A stretch of 63,765 bases of DNA, counting the filler, from Dugesia japonica (taxonomy: Eukaryota), in assembly GCA_001938525.1 (NCBI GenBank). It is 5 parts of 5 records of this genome, joined end to end, with 100 filler letters (N's around TTAATTAATTAA, not from the genome) between each part and the next. Parts side by side here need not be neighbours in the genome. Positions count along the whole stretch, not along the records: positions 32,594 to 55,438 come from MQRL01605047.1; positions 55,539 to 63,765 come from MQRL01609698.1; 3 more parts are not named here. One strand, written 5' to 3'. The translations under genes were made by a program, and so were the position numbers. The notes below the pieces were generated by a model, which searched no databases, had not been told where the DNA came from, and was given only the letters and a program-made list of their open reading frames with translations. Below are positions 51,500 through 63,765 of the stretch, piece by piece (the first letter of the stretch is position 1; each line of letters opens with the position of its first letter).

Positions 51500-54081
51500 T
51501 TTCCTTATATTCCCTTTTTAAAGAAACTTCTAAGTTTTTCCACATTTCATTCCAATTGCTGTCCATTTTCTCCTTGTACCGCATACCGCCTTTTATGAAT
51601 TTTCTCAATTATTCGATAAGGTCCTTCAAATTTATCTTGACTTTTATTTCTTGTTTCTACCTTGATGAGAACCAAATCGCCTACTTTCAATTCTTTGTTA
51701 ATAATCACGTCTAAAGTGTTTTCTTTAGTTTTATCTGAAAGGTCTTACTCATACCATTTTCTCTACTCATTTTCTTTCCAAATACGATCTCAGCTGGGCT
51801 CTTTTCAGTTGTCTTCTGTTTTTTCGTGTTAAGTGTAAATTCTATTTCCCGTAAAAGATCTACCCAAGATGTTATCTTTCCCGAAGTGTTTCATTAATCA
51901 AATCTCGAATTGTCCTGAACTGTCATTAAATTTGAATGTTTCCATTATGATGATAAGGACTCGAAAAGCAAAGTTTAATACCTAGCTTCAGTGCAAACTC
52001 TCTCATAACTCTGGATTCAAAAGCTTTTCCACAATCAAGTCTTATCTCTCCTGGGCATCCAAATCTTAATATCAACTTTTTATAAATAGCTTTTCGTATT
52101 GTTTCATTGTCTTGTCTAGGCAATGGAATAAGAACCAGATATTTACTATACTGGTCAAATATTCCAAGAATGTCTTTCTTTCGTCTACGTGTTTCCCGCA
52201 GTGGTCCACATATATCTGTGAATATAATTTTAAACAAATTGGTAGCTTTTTAGTCTTTTCTTTAGTTGTTGTCTTCACTACTTTGGTCTTCTGAAAAATT
52301 TCACTAGTACAAACTATCTTCTGTATTTGGCTCGAAAATTCTTTGCAATATTTTTGTTTCTCATATATTCTCATATATTCGCTTTTCAACTTCTGCATAA
52401 CATAATAATTTACGTATTTCTTCTTTTGTCTCATCAATAACTTTCTATTTCTTGATTTATTCTGTTTCTTCAGAAATGGTAAATTGTTCTTCTTTTTCCT
52501 TTTCAATTATGTTCAGTATTCTCGTTTTAATCTTCCCTTTCTTGGCATCTACATGTGACATTTGACATTGTAAACATATCTCATATCTTAGTCAAGATAA
52601 CATATCTGTATTACCATGTTGAATTCCTTTTCTATATTCCAAAAACATGTTTAGACAACTCAGATAATTAATGCATGTCTGAAATTGCGACGTAGTTGAT
52701 TTCTTTATAGTCATCATGAAAATTAGAGCTTTATGATCTGTTCTAAGAGTAAATCTTCTACCATACAAGTAATGTTTGAAATACATGCAAAAATAATAGA
52801 CAGTCTATAATTCCTTTCGTGTGATACAATATCCTTTTTCATGACTCGTCATTGAGTGTGGTCCATAGACAAGAACTCTATCTCTTCTTTTTTAATCTCT
52901 TTGCAACAATACTGCCATACAAAAAAAATACAAAACTGCCATATGTATTTAATATAAATTGTCTGTTTGTTTTCTGGAAAACACAATATTGGTGCCGTCA
53001 TTAGAGATTTCTTTTAACCCTCAAAAGTATCGTTTATTTCATCTGTCCACTTTAATTTCTTGTTGCTTTGTCCAATACACAACTGCTCTAAGATCCTTAA
53101 TTTTTGTGCGTAGTTTTCCATAAACATTCAGTAATAATTAAATATTCCAAAGAAAATTTTGTAACTTCTTCACACAGTTTGGTTTGCCAAATGTTTTTAT
53201 TGCTTCTAATTTAAACGGATCAGTTCTGACAACATCTCAGTAAAAAGTAAAGAGAACTCAAGCACAGAAAAGGGTAAGCGTTGCCATAGCAACAAAATAG
53301 GTCACGGTAACCATGGTAACTGTTGCCATGGTAACCAATACATGACAACGAAAATATTTATATTTAGAAAAACCATATTTAGGTTACCTACTTTCGGTTG
53401 CCATGGTTACCGTGACCTATTTTTGGTTGCTATGGAAACGCTTACCCCCATTCTGTGCTCGAGTTCTCCTTTCTATCTACTCATCTCTGCTAACTCAGTG
53501 TCCAAGAAACTTGATTTCACTTTGACGAAACTGACACTTTTCTGGATTAATTCTTAGACCAGCCTTCATTATTTCCTTCAATAATTTTTTAATTACTTCA
53601 TTTTTTGATTTTTTTTGTTTGTAAATATCAGGATCTCATCAAGATAAATCATGGCTTCAATGATTTAGCCAATCACATTTGTAATCATCTCCTGAAATTT
53701 CCCTGGTTCCTCTGCGATGCCAAATGGCCTTCTATTAAAACAATATTGTTTGTGCATAGTTAAAAATGCCGTTTTTTCTTGAGATTCTTCTCTGAGCTCT
53801 ACCTGATAGTATACATTTCTCAAATCTAGTGAAATGAAAGATTTGGCTGCATCTAAGTTGTTCAACATTTCATTGACATTAGGCATTGGAAAGGCTTGTA
53901 TTTTTTGTTACTGCATTTAATTGTCTAAAATCCAAACATATTCTTATTTCCTTCTTTTCTTATTTCCAGACACAAATCAGTAGGGTATTCAATGAAGAGT
54001 TGCATTTCTGAATAATATTATTCTCAAAAAAGATTTGGATAGCTCCTTTAATTTTAGATTCTAAATTCATTGGTTGTCTGT
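51500..54081 (-). mobile_element. Decayed Ty3/Gypsy pol (RT, RNase H, integrase, PPT)
   Basis: RT 53665-53886, RNase H RTDHKAL 52592-52786, integrase TDICGP..SSPYHHNGN 51926-52237, PPT AAAAAGGGAA ~51510-51519. Confidence 0.9.
53239..53481. mobile_element. 243-bp non-autonomous mini-Polinton (AGTA...TACT termini, 6-bp TSD CATCTC)
   Basis: ~80-bp imperfect TIRs; CATCTC at 53233-53238 and 53482-53487; excision restores the Gypsy RT-thumb reading. Confidence 0.75.
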
Positions 54082-55438
54082 AGCAGGTAGATAGTAGCGC
54101 ACTAGATCACTAAGATATATTAGTCGCTTATAAACTACTTACAAATAGTAAGTTGCTAAATTAAATTAAATAATGATTATGAAAATTTGTATGACTCATC
54201 ATTTTTTGTAACAAAGACCATGACTCATCGGATGACTAATACTTTTTTCAAAATATTTTTTATGTCAGAACAAAGACCTCCTTTCCCCCCTAAACAAAGA
54301 AAAATTTTATACATCATGTCTCATACTTTTTTTCAAAATATTTTCTGTCAGAACAAAGACCCCCTCTCCCCCTTAAGAAAAATATAAATCAAAATTTTTT
54401 TTTTATTTTTTATTAAAATTTTTTTTTCATTTTTTTAAAAATTTTTTTTTTAATTATAATTTCTTTTTTTTTGCTTTTAAGTACTTTCATTGTTATAGGT
54501 GAATTCATGTTGCATACATATTGCAAGTTTAATGAAAACATATGAAATTAAAGTTTTTTACACATTATTAAAGGAAAACAAATATTAAAAAAAAAGTCAA
54601 GATTAAAATTTTTATTAAACATCAATACAGTTAAATTTCAATTAAATTACAATCAGTGTCCTTTATTTATGACTGTAACCATAAATTATATCAATAAATT
54701 TTCTTTTTAAATTAGTTTTTGTTTCTTCGCAATCATTGTATTCATTGTTATGGTATTTGTAAAAAATAACAAATAATGAGGTTTTACTGTATAGACTTCA
54801 TTTGGAAAATATATTACAAGCTGGTCTTCACGTGTTGATGCAAATTTGATTCTTGGATAGCATAGTAATATTGAAAAATGAAAAATGTAATGAAAAACTC
54901 GAATTTAACCAAAAACTAGAAAATATAACCTTTTTAATGAATAATTTGGTAAATTTTTTCAACCTAAATCCACCTACCTTTGCAAATAAAATTTTTGAAG
55001 AAGACTTGATTAAAGTTACAAAAACTGCCAACTTAGATCTAAATGTTATGAGTCCGGAATTAATCGAAGATATACGCTTTAGGATAAAAATAAATTCGTT
55101 ATCATTTGCAATGGGAAAGCAACATAAATGTACTATTAATAAAAAGGTAACTTATTTTGTTATTTATTTCATATTTAATTTTATTTAGATTTAAAATGTA
55201 ACACTAATAATCATGAGCAAGTATACTACGGCGAATTTATTGTTTAATAAATCTTAAAAATATTTGTTTTGTTTTTAATTTGTTATATTTTATATTTTCA
55301 TTAAAAAAATTTATAGTTGGATAATTTTTATCTATATAATCAACAATATCTTCTATAATGTTAACTATATTCATTGTATATATCTTTTGATTTAAATATT
55401 TGTTTATATTAGGTGCTTTGTTTTACGTGCATTCCTAT
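54082..55438. mobile_element. Polinton-type terminus and subterminal sequence abutting Gypsy pol
   Basis: AGCAGGTAGATAGTAGCGCAC matches the terminus at 60237 (reverse complement) at 17/21. Confidence 0.5.
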
Positions 55439-55482
55439 NNNNNNNNNNNNNNNNNNNNNNNNNNNNNNNNNNNNNNNNNNNN

Positions 55483-55494
55483 TTAATTAATTAA
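55483..55494. other. Artificial contig-joining linker
   Basis: N44-TTAATTAATTAA-N44. Confidence 0.95.
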
Positions 55495-55539
55495 NNNNNN
55501 NNNNNNNNNNNNNNNNNNNNNNNNNNNNNNNNNNNNNNA

Positions 55540-56436
55540 GCCCTAGGAATATGGAATATTTAAATCATAAGAAATTTTATTAATTATATTAGATTTATCT
55601 AGATCGTTAATAACATTTTCATCGTTTAAATTATTATTCGTGTTCAGATTAATTTATCAATAGTTTTGCACGTTAATCAACAAATTATTGTGTACAATTG
55701 ATTTAGAATATCCATTTTTATTTAACAAAGAACTCAAAATTTGAATACCTTTTACACGACTTCGAAAAAGAAGAGGAGAGAGTCCAAAATCTTTATATTA
55801 AACCATTAATCATATTAAATTTAAATCGAGATTCACAGAAATAAACCAGTATCAGTTGGCTTTTGATGGATTTCTGTCTCATAATGATCAAATTTCCGTT
55901 CTATTAATTAATCCAGAAAAGGCTGTTTACTATTACGTTTCATTTCAGTTGTGAACTTTATATTTGAGTGTAGAGAATTCATATAATTTAGAAAAGATTA
56001 TGGATTATTTACTAAACTGCAAGAAAATATCATCCACATAACGCTTATATAACAATAGCTTATTCCAGGAAACAACTCAATCTTTTTATTTAATAGTCGA
56101 AAGAAATAATGAAGCAAGAGTAAGCGCAACAAGTGAACCCATAGTAGCTCCATCAATGTGCTTATACCATTGATCATTAAAAAGAAACAAAATATTAAAA
56201 GTAGCAAAGGTCAACAGTTTCCTAAAACCTGTGAAATTTAACATACTATGTTCCACCAAATTACTTTCCCATAATTCACAACACTGATTTATAATTTCAT
56301 TCAACGGAACATTAGTAAATAAATTCACAATATCAAAAGATAACAGGCATTCTGTAGCATTGTTAAAATTCAGGTTAGAAATGAAACTACAAAATTCAAA
56401 ACTATCCTTAAATTCATATTTAGAAGAAGTTAACAA
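55540..56436 (-). mobile_element. Second Penelope-like RT fragment
   Basis: LLSFDIVNLFTNVPL..FLFNDQWYKHIDGATMGS, then RYVDDIF (~56030). Confidence 0.85.
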
Positions 56437-56439
56437 GTA

Positions 56440-59400
56440 ATAATAAACGGAATATTTCTTTCTAATTTCATTTTTATTTCAATAACAAAGATAATCCAGT
56501 TAATTGGTTATAATGATATCCATTTTCCATTCATCAATTCCAGTATTTCCAGTACTTTTTGAAAGTTTTTAAAATTTATTCAATTCTTTTTTCTTATTTG
56601 CATATGTTTTCTTATGTGATATGCATCTTCGATCCATAATTTCCAGTTTCTTTCCGATACGTTTTGTAAGTTGTTTAAATTTATTCAATTGTGTTTTTAT
56701 TTGCATACGTTTTTTATGAGATTGCTGCTTGTAGGATTTTTTCTTATACGGTAGTTTTATCTTTTTCTTCAAAACCAGCTTAACAACATCACCATTAGTA
56801 ACTGAATGAACTACAATTTTCTTCAATTTTGCCATTTTATATAATATTAAAAATTTTAGGTATTTTTTTATATATTGTTATACCACTAGGGTTGAATATA
56901 TCTGTTCTCACCCTATAATAATCTGGACATTTTTAAGTAAAGTCGAGAAATAGATATCCATGTAATTTTTCAGTTGCATCTTAAAATGATTCAATAAGAA
57001 ATTGTTTATTATTTGGATATGTTTGTCTTGTTTGAAAATCAACAACAGTTTGATCTCTAGGATCTTTGAATAGAACCAAGTATTGCAAGTTTAAATAGCG
57101 GGTTCTATGTCTATTTCTTTAATAAAATAGATTTTAAGTAATAAATATCAGTCACTTTACGATGTCTCAGTATTTTTGTGAATAAATTATTGAAATCGTT
57201 TTGTTTATTTGCCTCATAATACAGATTGTCAACAACTACAACATCACTTGGTCTCAATCTTTAGCTCCAATTTTTATCAAATCCATTTATAATTTTCATT
57301 TTAATATTACAAAATTCAGATTTAGTCAGTCCATTCTCTTCATTTGCACCTTAATGCCAGTATATGTTTTTAAATTTCGATTTGAATAACCTTGATTTCA
57401 ATAATTGACATGCAAGCAAAGTTTTCCCACCAACACTAGATCCAACAATTTGATAGGCTGCATCATTTTATAATCTCTCCATTTTGCTTTTCTTTAATTT
57501 ATTCATATTTTAGTACCTTGTTTATAATTGGAAGTTAAAAAAAACTTTTTATTAAATAAAATCTTTACTAAATAAAAAAGAAAAATCAATATTAATAAAT
57601 ATTTATTAAATAACAGCAAATTCATTAAAAAACATATAATACAATAAGCACATATTGATTTTTATTCTTTTCGACATTTTTTATTTTACTGAATTAATTG
57701 ATTTCTTGAAGACTTTAATCTCAATTTGAATCATCCATTGACTTTCGTCTTCATATTCGTTCTCGTCTCTTTCTTTAAAGGCTATATAAATAGCTTCATT
57801 GACTTCAATTTGACGGCTTAATCTAGTAAACATAGCTTCCAATATATCTCTATCCTTCTAATGAATTCCTTATAAAAGCAAACTATATTTGGATTTTTTT
57901 ATTGAAACTGGTTTCTAAAATAAAATATTAATTTATAATAAACTAAAAATTAATTACTTTAAAGTCATATATAATCAAATTCTTCAAAAAGAACAATTTG
58001 TAATTGAGGAAATCAGTAGTTTTCCCTAGTTCCATAGTTACTGTTGACACGTATTCTTTAGTTAGTTGATTTTCTTGAATTTTTAGTTGTAAAAGTGATT
58101 AATGTTATGAAAACCTATGCTTATATACTAGTGGCGATACACACATGCTCGTTATTTGTGAGTTTCTATTGTTTAATATTCGCTATAATTGATATGATTT
58201 GTTAATATTTCTTTTAATTGTTGCAATTATTTAAGGTTTGCTAAAATTGATATGATTCTAAAATAATCGTTTTAAAGGTTATGATTGGTTACCGGGTTTA
58301 TATAAATAGGACCAGTTTTTAAAATTAAATTCATTTTTTACAAAAATGAATACGTTTGAAGATAATTTTTAAACTTTTACCACAGAGAAAGAAGTCTTGA
58401 AAATTAAAATGACATTAACCAGGAAGAAAAAGAAGAAAAAACTGTTCAAGATGAACAAAAAAATGAAGATAAAAGGATGGACAACACATACCATAATGAC
58501 GTTGACGATGATATGATTAGACTGAAAAAAGAAGAAGAAACAAAGCAGTATTTTTATGGTATGAGTTTAATTTATTATTACTTTAATTAATTTTTTTTAG
58601 AAATAGCAAAGCAGATATAAAATTAAATGTTTCCAGAATTTCCTAATGAATATATGCTATTGTCCACAAACGATTATTTTAATCATATTTTGAGAACATT
58701 AGTAATGGACATATATATTATTATAGATGAAATCATCATGTAAATAGAATTGGATTACCAGTGCAAAGAAAACAAGACGCATTATGAAATATTGAAAGAT
58801 AATATTCTGCAAAATATTAAAAACTAATGTTATTTTAATATATATTTTACTGGATAATTGTTTTCTTATTTATTATTTATAATTAGTAAATTAATAAGGT
58901 TTTTTTATAAATAATGATATAATAAGGTTTTTTATAAATAATGTATTAATAAGGTTAAGTAGTAAAATAATAAAACTTTCTTATTGTAAATAGTTTTTTT
59001 ATTAATGAATACAGTATGTATGTAATATGTATGCAATATAGATGCAATATGGATGCAATTTGTATGCAATTTGTATGCAATTTGAATGCAATATGTATGC
59101 AATAATGATGCATCACGTGTCTGTAAATTTTAATAAATGCAATAGATATGCAACATGAATGTAATGCAGCAACACGTGCCTGGGAAATTTTAAACTGCTC
59201 CTTTCCATGCAAAATATAGAGACTTCCTTATCTCATGCAAAATAAAGAGATTCATCCTATCCTTTGCAAAATATAAAGATTTCTCCATGAAACATATCAA
59301 GATTACCTCATCTCATACATTAATATAAAGGTCAAAAGAAAATGTTTTAAATTTCCCTCCTCCAGAAAAAAATGTTTAAATTTCATGCCAAAAAATAATT

Positions 59401-60237
59401 TTTTAAATTTCTTGCCAAAAAATTTTTTTTTCAAAAATATCAAAACTACCGTCTTCTTCTTCAAAACTAATTCTCAAAAATACACCTATTCTACAAAAAT
59501 ACCATTATTTTTAACTAATTCACCATTTTAAGCAAAATACAACATTTTAACCAAAATTAAGTTTTCAAAAAGCTATTACGTCACATCCACCTAACAAAAA
59601 CATTTCAAATATATCTTATAAAATTTGATAATTAGTTTTCTTTCAACCAATATCATTTCGCCCTCCCGAAAAAAAATTTTAACACACTTATACTACTTAC
59701 AAACATTAATTAATTAAATTTGACCACAAACCATCAGAAATAAAAGCGCTATTGACATCCAAAATTCTCCCTATTACAATCCTTTTCCAACAACTCGTCA
59801 GCCACCAAAATCCAATCATCCCCTACAAACCTACACCCTTCCAAAAAACAACCTACGATAACACATACGCCTGTGCCCTTGCACTACCACACTTCTAGGA
59901 CAAACTATACATCCTACCTTATAAGTCCTTTAGGCAATGTATAGATAGAATTTTTTCCAACAACAACCATATTCTTAAAACCCCCAAAGAAATTTTCCAA
60001 GATCTCCAGACCTCCTTTCCAGACTCTTTCACATAAACTTAACTTGACCTACATTAAATTAACACAAAAAGTTTAAAAATTAAAAATATACACACTTTCA
60101 GGATTAAAATTTCTGATCCGATCAAAAAATTGTTTGATCCTAGAAATCTTAGAAATAAAGCCAGCACAGTCGTAAGCCGTTTACAAGCCCCCCCCCTTGG
60201 GGTGTAAATTGTGCTCGTGCGCTACTATCCCACTACT
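56440..60237 (-). mobile_element. Decayed Polinton with terminus AGTAGTGGGATAGTAGCGCAC
   Basis: AGTAGT terminus ending at 60237, ATPase relic, possible pPolB N-terminal relic at ~57620-57840. Confidence 0.7.
56900..57470 (-). pseudogene. Polinton packaging ATPase relic
   Basis: Manual translation: IVGSSVGGKTLLA (Walker A) and YLNLQYLVLFKDPRDQ..RQTYP..FLIESF*DATEKLHGYLFLDF. Confidence 0.75.
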
Positions 60238-62450
60238 TGCAATAACAGAAAGACAAGCCTTCCTATGCACAATGGGGATGAAAAGCTGAATAATTTGGTA
60301 GGTGTATAGTATTTTAGCTCAATAGACTTAAAAAATGCATACTATCAAGTGGAACTCAGTAAAGATTCTCAAGAAAAGACAGCTTTTACGACCAAACAAG
60401 GGTAATTTCGTCTCAATAGAATCCCTTTTGGAATTGCAATAGCACCAGGTTTGTTCAATTCAACTTTTGTTTTTATCGAATAAGGAACCCTTTATAGAAT
60501 ATTTATAATCATATTGTTTATGTATATTAGCGAAATTAATTTTGGATTTACGGACTGAGCCAATTTGACTCAATTGGCTATGCATTTACATAGCAAATTT
60601 AATCAATCCAAAAATCTAGTGTTAAGGTTAAATAAGGCTAATCATGTAACTATAATGTTTTTTTAAATCATCAGTAAATTGAAGCAATTGTTGACTAATT
60701 TTTTGTCAACATAAAATTTTTATATTTATACAATTCAAAGATTTATTAGAATTTAGTCAACAATTTTTTCTTGAAAAATAATTTGTTCAGATTTACGTAA
60801 GTTTAATTTGTATTTTTATTAATTATTGTTATCATCAATTTCATTATTATTGGAATTTTATTTTAAATAAATTTACTAGCGATTTACAATTGTTATAATT
60901 GCTAAATCGTTGTAGTTAAAAATCAAATTTAGTTTCGCTTGCGACTACCAATTAAAGGAAATAATCCATAAAAGTGATCGGGAAAATAAAAGAAGCGATG
61001 GTTTATCTAGACGATATTCTCATATTTACTGAAACAAAGGAGCAACACTGTGAAATATTCAATAAAGTATTAACAGAAATTAAGAATGCTAGTCTAAGAG
61101 TTAATCCAGAGAAGTGTCAATTCATGCGAAAGGAGATAGGAGAAAGGGACACGTTATCAGTAAAGAAGTTATCAAAACAGATCCAACTAAAATAGAAGCA
61201 ATTAAGAACTTTGGTAAACCAAAATGCGTTAAGAAGATGAGAAGCTTTTTGGGAATTTGAAATTACTATCGCAAGTTTATTAATGATTATTCGAAAAAAG
61301 CTAGATTGCTGGAACAACTGTGTAGTGGACCGAGTAACAGGAAAATTGAAAANNNNNNNNNNNNNNNNNNNNNNNNNNNNNNNNNNNNNNNNNNNNNNNN
61401 NNAGAAGTTTTTAAGGGAATGAAAGAAGCACTAATGATGTCTCCAATACTATGTTTTTCAGATTTGAAAATAGATGATGTATTTTGGACACGGATCCTAG
61501 TCGCCAAAATTAATTACTCGCAAGTTATTGTATTCATTCCAAACATTATTAATATGGGAAGAGATCTATTCTCAGAACAGACCATCACTTTTATGGTAAA
61601 TATCAAGAAGTCGATCATATAACAGTTGCAAACCTGGATTACTTGTTTGAGGAGTTTAGATATAAAATTATAATATAAAAAGGATCGCTTCATACAAATG
61701 GAGATATGTTGTCAAGAAGTAAATGCAATACATTTGCACAATGTCTAATGTCACATGAAGACACCAAAAGTTAATAGTTCAAAATAAGAACGTTAAATAC
61801 AGTAGATATTTAAGAAAAACAAGCAAATTTGGAGAAAATGATTAAGGAATATGGATAATAATAATAAAGTAGATAATAAAGTAGAAGAAGTTATAATGAG
61901 GAACATGGCATTACCCTCAGGTTTTTGTTTCCATATCACCAGAACACAAATAGACAAATTGAGAGACAGTTTAGAACTATGGCGAGATATGATCAATGCG
62001 ATACTGAAAGAAAGAAAACCTCATATTGTGTGGATGTATTACCATAGATAGAATTTACATTTAATGCTAGAAAACAGAATACCATAGTGAAATGTCATGC
62101 TGAAATCGTATTTGGGAAAAGAATAAGCAGAACTAAATGGTATGAAACAAATACTCGAAGAGTGCACAAAGAGCAATATGTAGAGACATTTGCAAAAAGA
62201 CAATTCGAGGTCGGTGATGAGGTCTTAGTGAAAGTTGAAACAAGAAACAAGAACCAAGATCGTTATGAAGGACCCTATAAGATCAAGAGCAAAGTTCATG
62301 ACAGACACTACATTCTGGAAAATGCAAACGGGGAAAGTCTAGAAAGAAACGTACAGAAAATCAAACAATTTCTTAAAAAGGGGATATAAGATATTTCTTT
62401 TGAAAACTGACTTAAATTCTTTGTATTTTAAAATGGAATTTATTTAACAC
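60238..62450 (+). mobile_element. Decayed Ty3/Gypsy pol (same family), with ~500-bp insertion at 60450-60950
   Basis: AITER.., SSIDLKNAYYQV, VYLDDILIF, RNase H remnants, integrase C-terminus YEGPYKI, PPT AAAAAGGGGA. Confidence 0.88.
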
Positions 62451-63765
62451 TTTTAATTTCATGATGAGACGGAATTCAAAATTCGACATTCCCTAGTCCA
62501 ATTTACCAATGAAATTCAAAATCAAAAATTTTTCTACCCAACATTTTGACTAATCTAATTTCAAAAATTCAAACCACTTAACCGGCGGGGGTGTGGTTTT
62601 TTGCGCTAGTATCTTTCCATTGTAGTTGATTATATATTCAGAGTTTGAAGCAACAAAATTAAATTAAGGTGAGAAGTAACTAAAATTTACTATTTAACGA
62701 AGAATTCCAGATTTATTTAACTATTGAAATATAATGGAATAAGTAGGCTTTGCTATATTTATTTCAGCTGGCAATTTAGACAATTTAATTTGAAAGTTTC
62801 ATTAGAAATTTACAGAAGATTTTTCATTTGATTTTGGAATAAAGATTGGGAAATCATGTCTGACTCTTCTATAAATGAGTATNNNNNNNNNNNNNNNNNN
62901 NNNNNNNNNNNNNNNNNNNNNNNNNNNNNNNNNNNNNNNNNNNNNNNNNNNNNNNNNNNNNNNNNNNNNNNNNNNNNNNNNNNNNNNNNNNNNNNNNNNN
63001 NNNNNNNNNNNNNNNNNNNNNNNNGTGGTCCTTTTTCTTAAATTATCCGATATTAAGCTTAGTTTTAAACAAAAATTTATCTTTTTTTGTCAGAAATTCG
63101 TAGATCTCCAGAGAATCTTCAAAAGGCATTCTCGCTGTTATAGTGCTGTTTTAAAACTTTTTAAAATTTTATCGAGGTTGTCCTATATTAATTTCCTTTT
63201 AAATTACAAAATTTTACAATTTACAAAAATAGAACCAATCACATAATATCAAAGAACAACCATTATTAATAATTCAAGAAAAATTATTAGTTTATCTGAT
63301 TGTTGTTTTTTTTAAGATTTCATTTGGATTTTCCTTATAAATAATTATTCTGGTCTATATTTGTGGGTTTTCTTCTCAAAATTGGATTTGAATTTTTGCT
63401 TATAATTAATTATTCTTGTTTTTTACTTTGAAATATTACATCGTTCTGGTTTACAAGCTATTATTTGCGGTTTTATTATTTAAATATTCTAATTTTTAAT
63501 TTGTATTTTTAATCAATATTTTTTAATTTATTTTTATATTTCCATAAAAATAATATTTAATAAATATAATACATGAATACAAACGTTTGTCTGTACAAAG
63601 GATTACATACATTTTAAAAATCATTATTACATTAGTAATTATTATTTTTATTTTTTATTACTGTAATAATTTTAAAAAAATTTATTTTTGAATTCATTTA
63701 AGTACACCTAATTCTGTTCTTACGAGAAATTAATTTGACGCGATTCCTAAAGATTATTACACTCT

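Noticed and set aside
54082-60237. One complete Polinton bounded by inverted termini at 54082 and 60237
   Set aside because: The ends lie on different contigs, the flanking Gypsy sequences are in opposite orientations, and no TSD is shared.

Overview
Very AT-rich eukaryotic (almost certainly animal) genomic DNA with very short spliceosomal introns. It is a concatenation of five contigs joined by artificial N44-TTAATTAATTAA-N44 spacers (contigs approx. 1-9015, 9116-19233, 19334-32493, 32594-55438, 55539-63765), so adjacency across spacers is not biological. Contig 1 is an internal piece of an endogenous Polinton/Maverick (adintovirus-like) element. It has an A32-type packaging ATPase start, a Zn-finger/EndoVII-containing protein-primed DNA polymerase B, an adenovirus pX-like membrane protein and conserved Polinton ORFs. 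The most striking observation is a ~196-aa Ser...Lys-Asn intein in the catalytic YxD/TDS motif C of this polymerase. Two host genes are present: a 4-RRM polypyrimidine tract-binding protein that retains the conserved 34-nt autoregulatory exon, and a TRAF-family RING/Zn-finger/MATH gene. Contig 3 is a nested stack of ~4-kb TG...CA elements with 4-bp TSDs that insert into their own AAT-rich interior and carry several small, separately spliced accessory ORFs, one with an LxCxE motif. The rest is decayed transposons: three Ty3/Gypsy copies, two Penelope-like elements, hAT and pogo elements and MITEs, further Polinton relics, and a 243-bp mini-Polinton with a 6-bp TSD and RFX X-box arrays.
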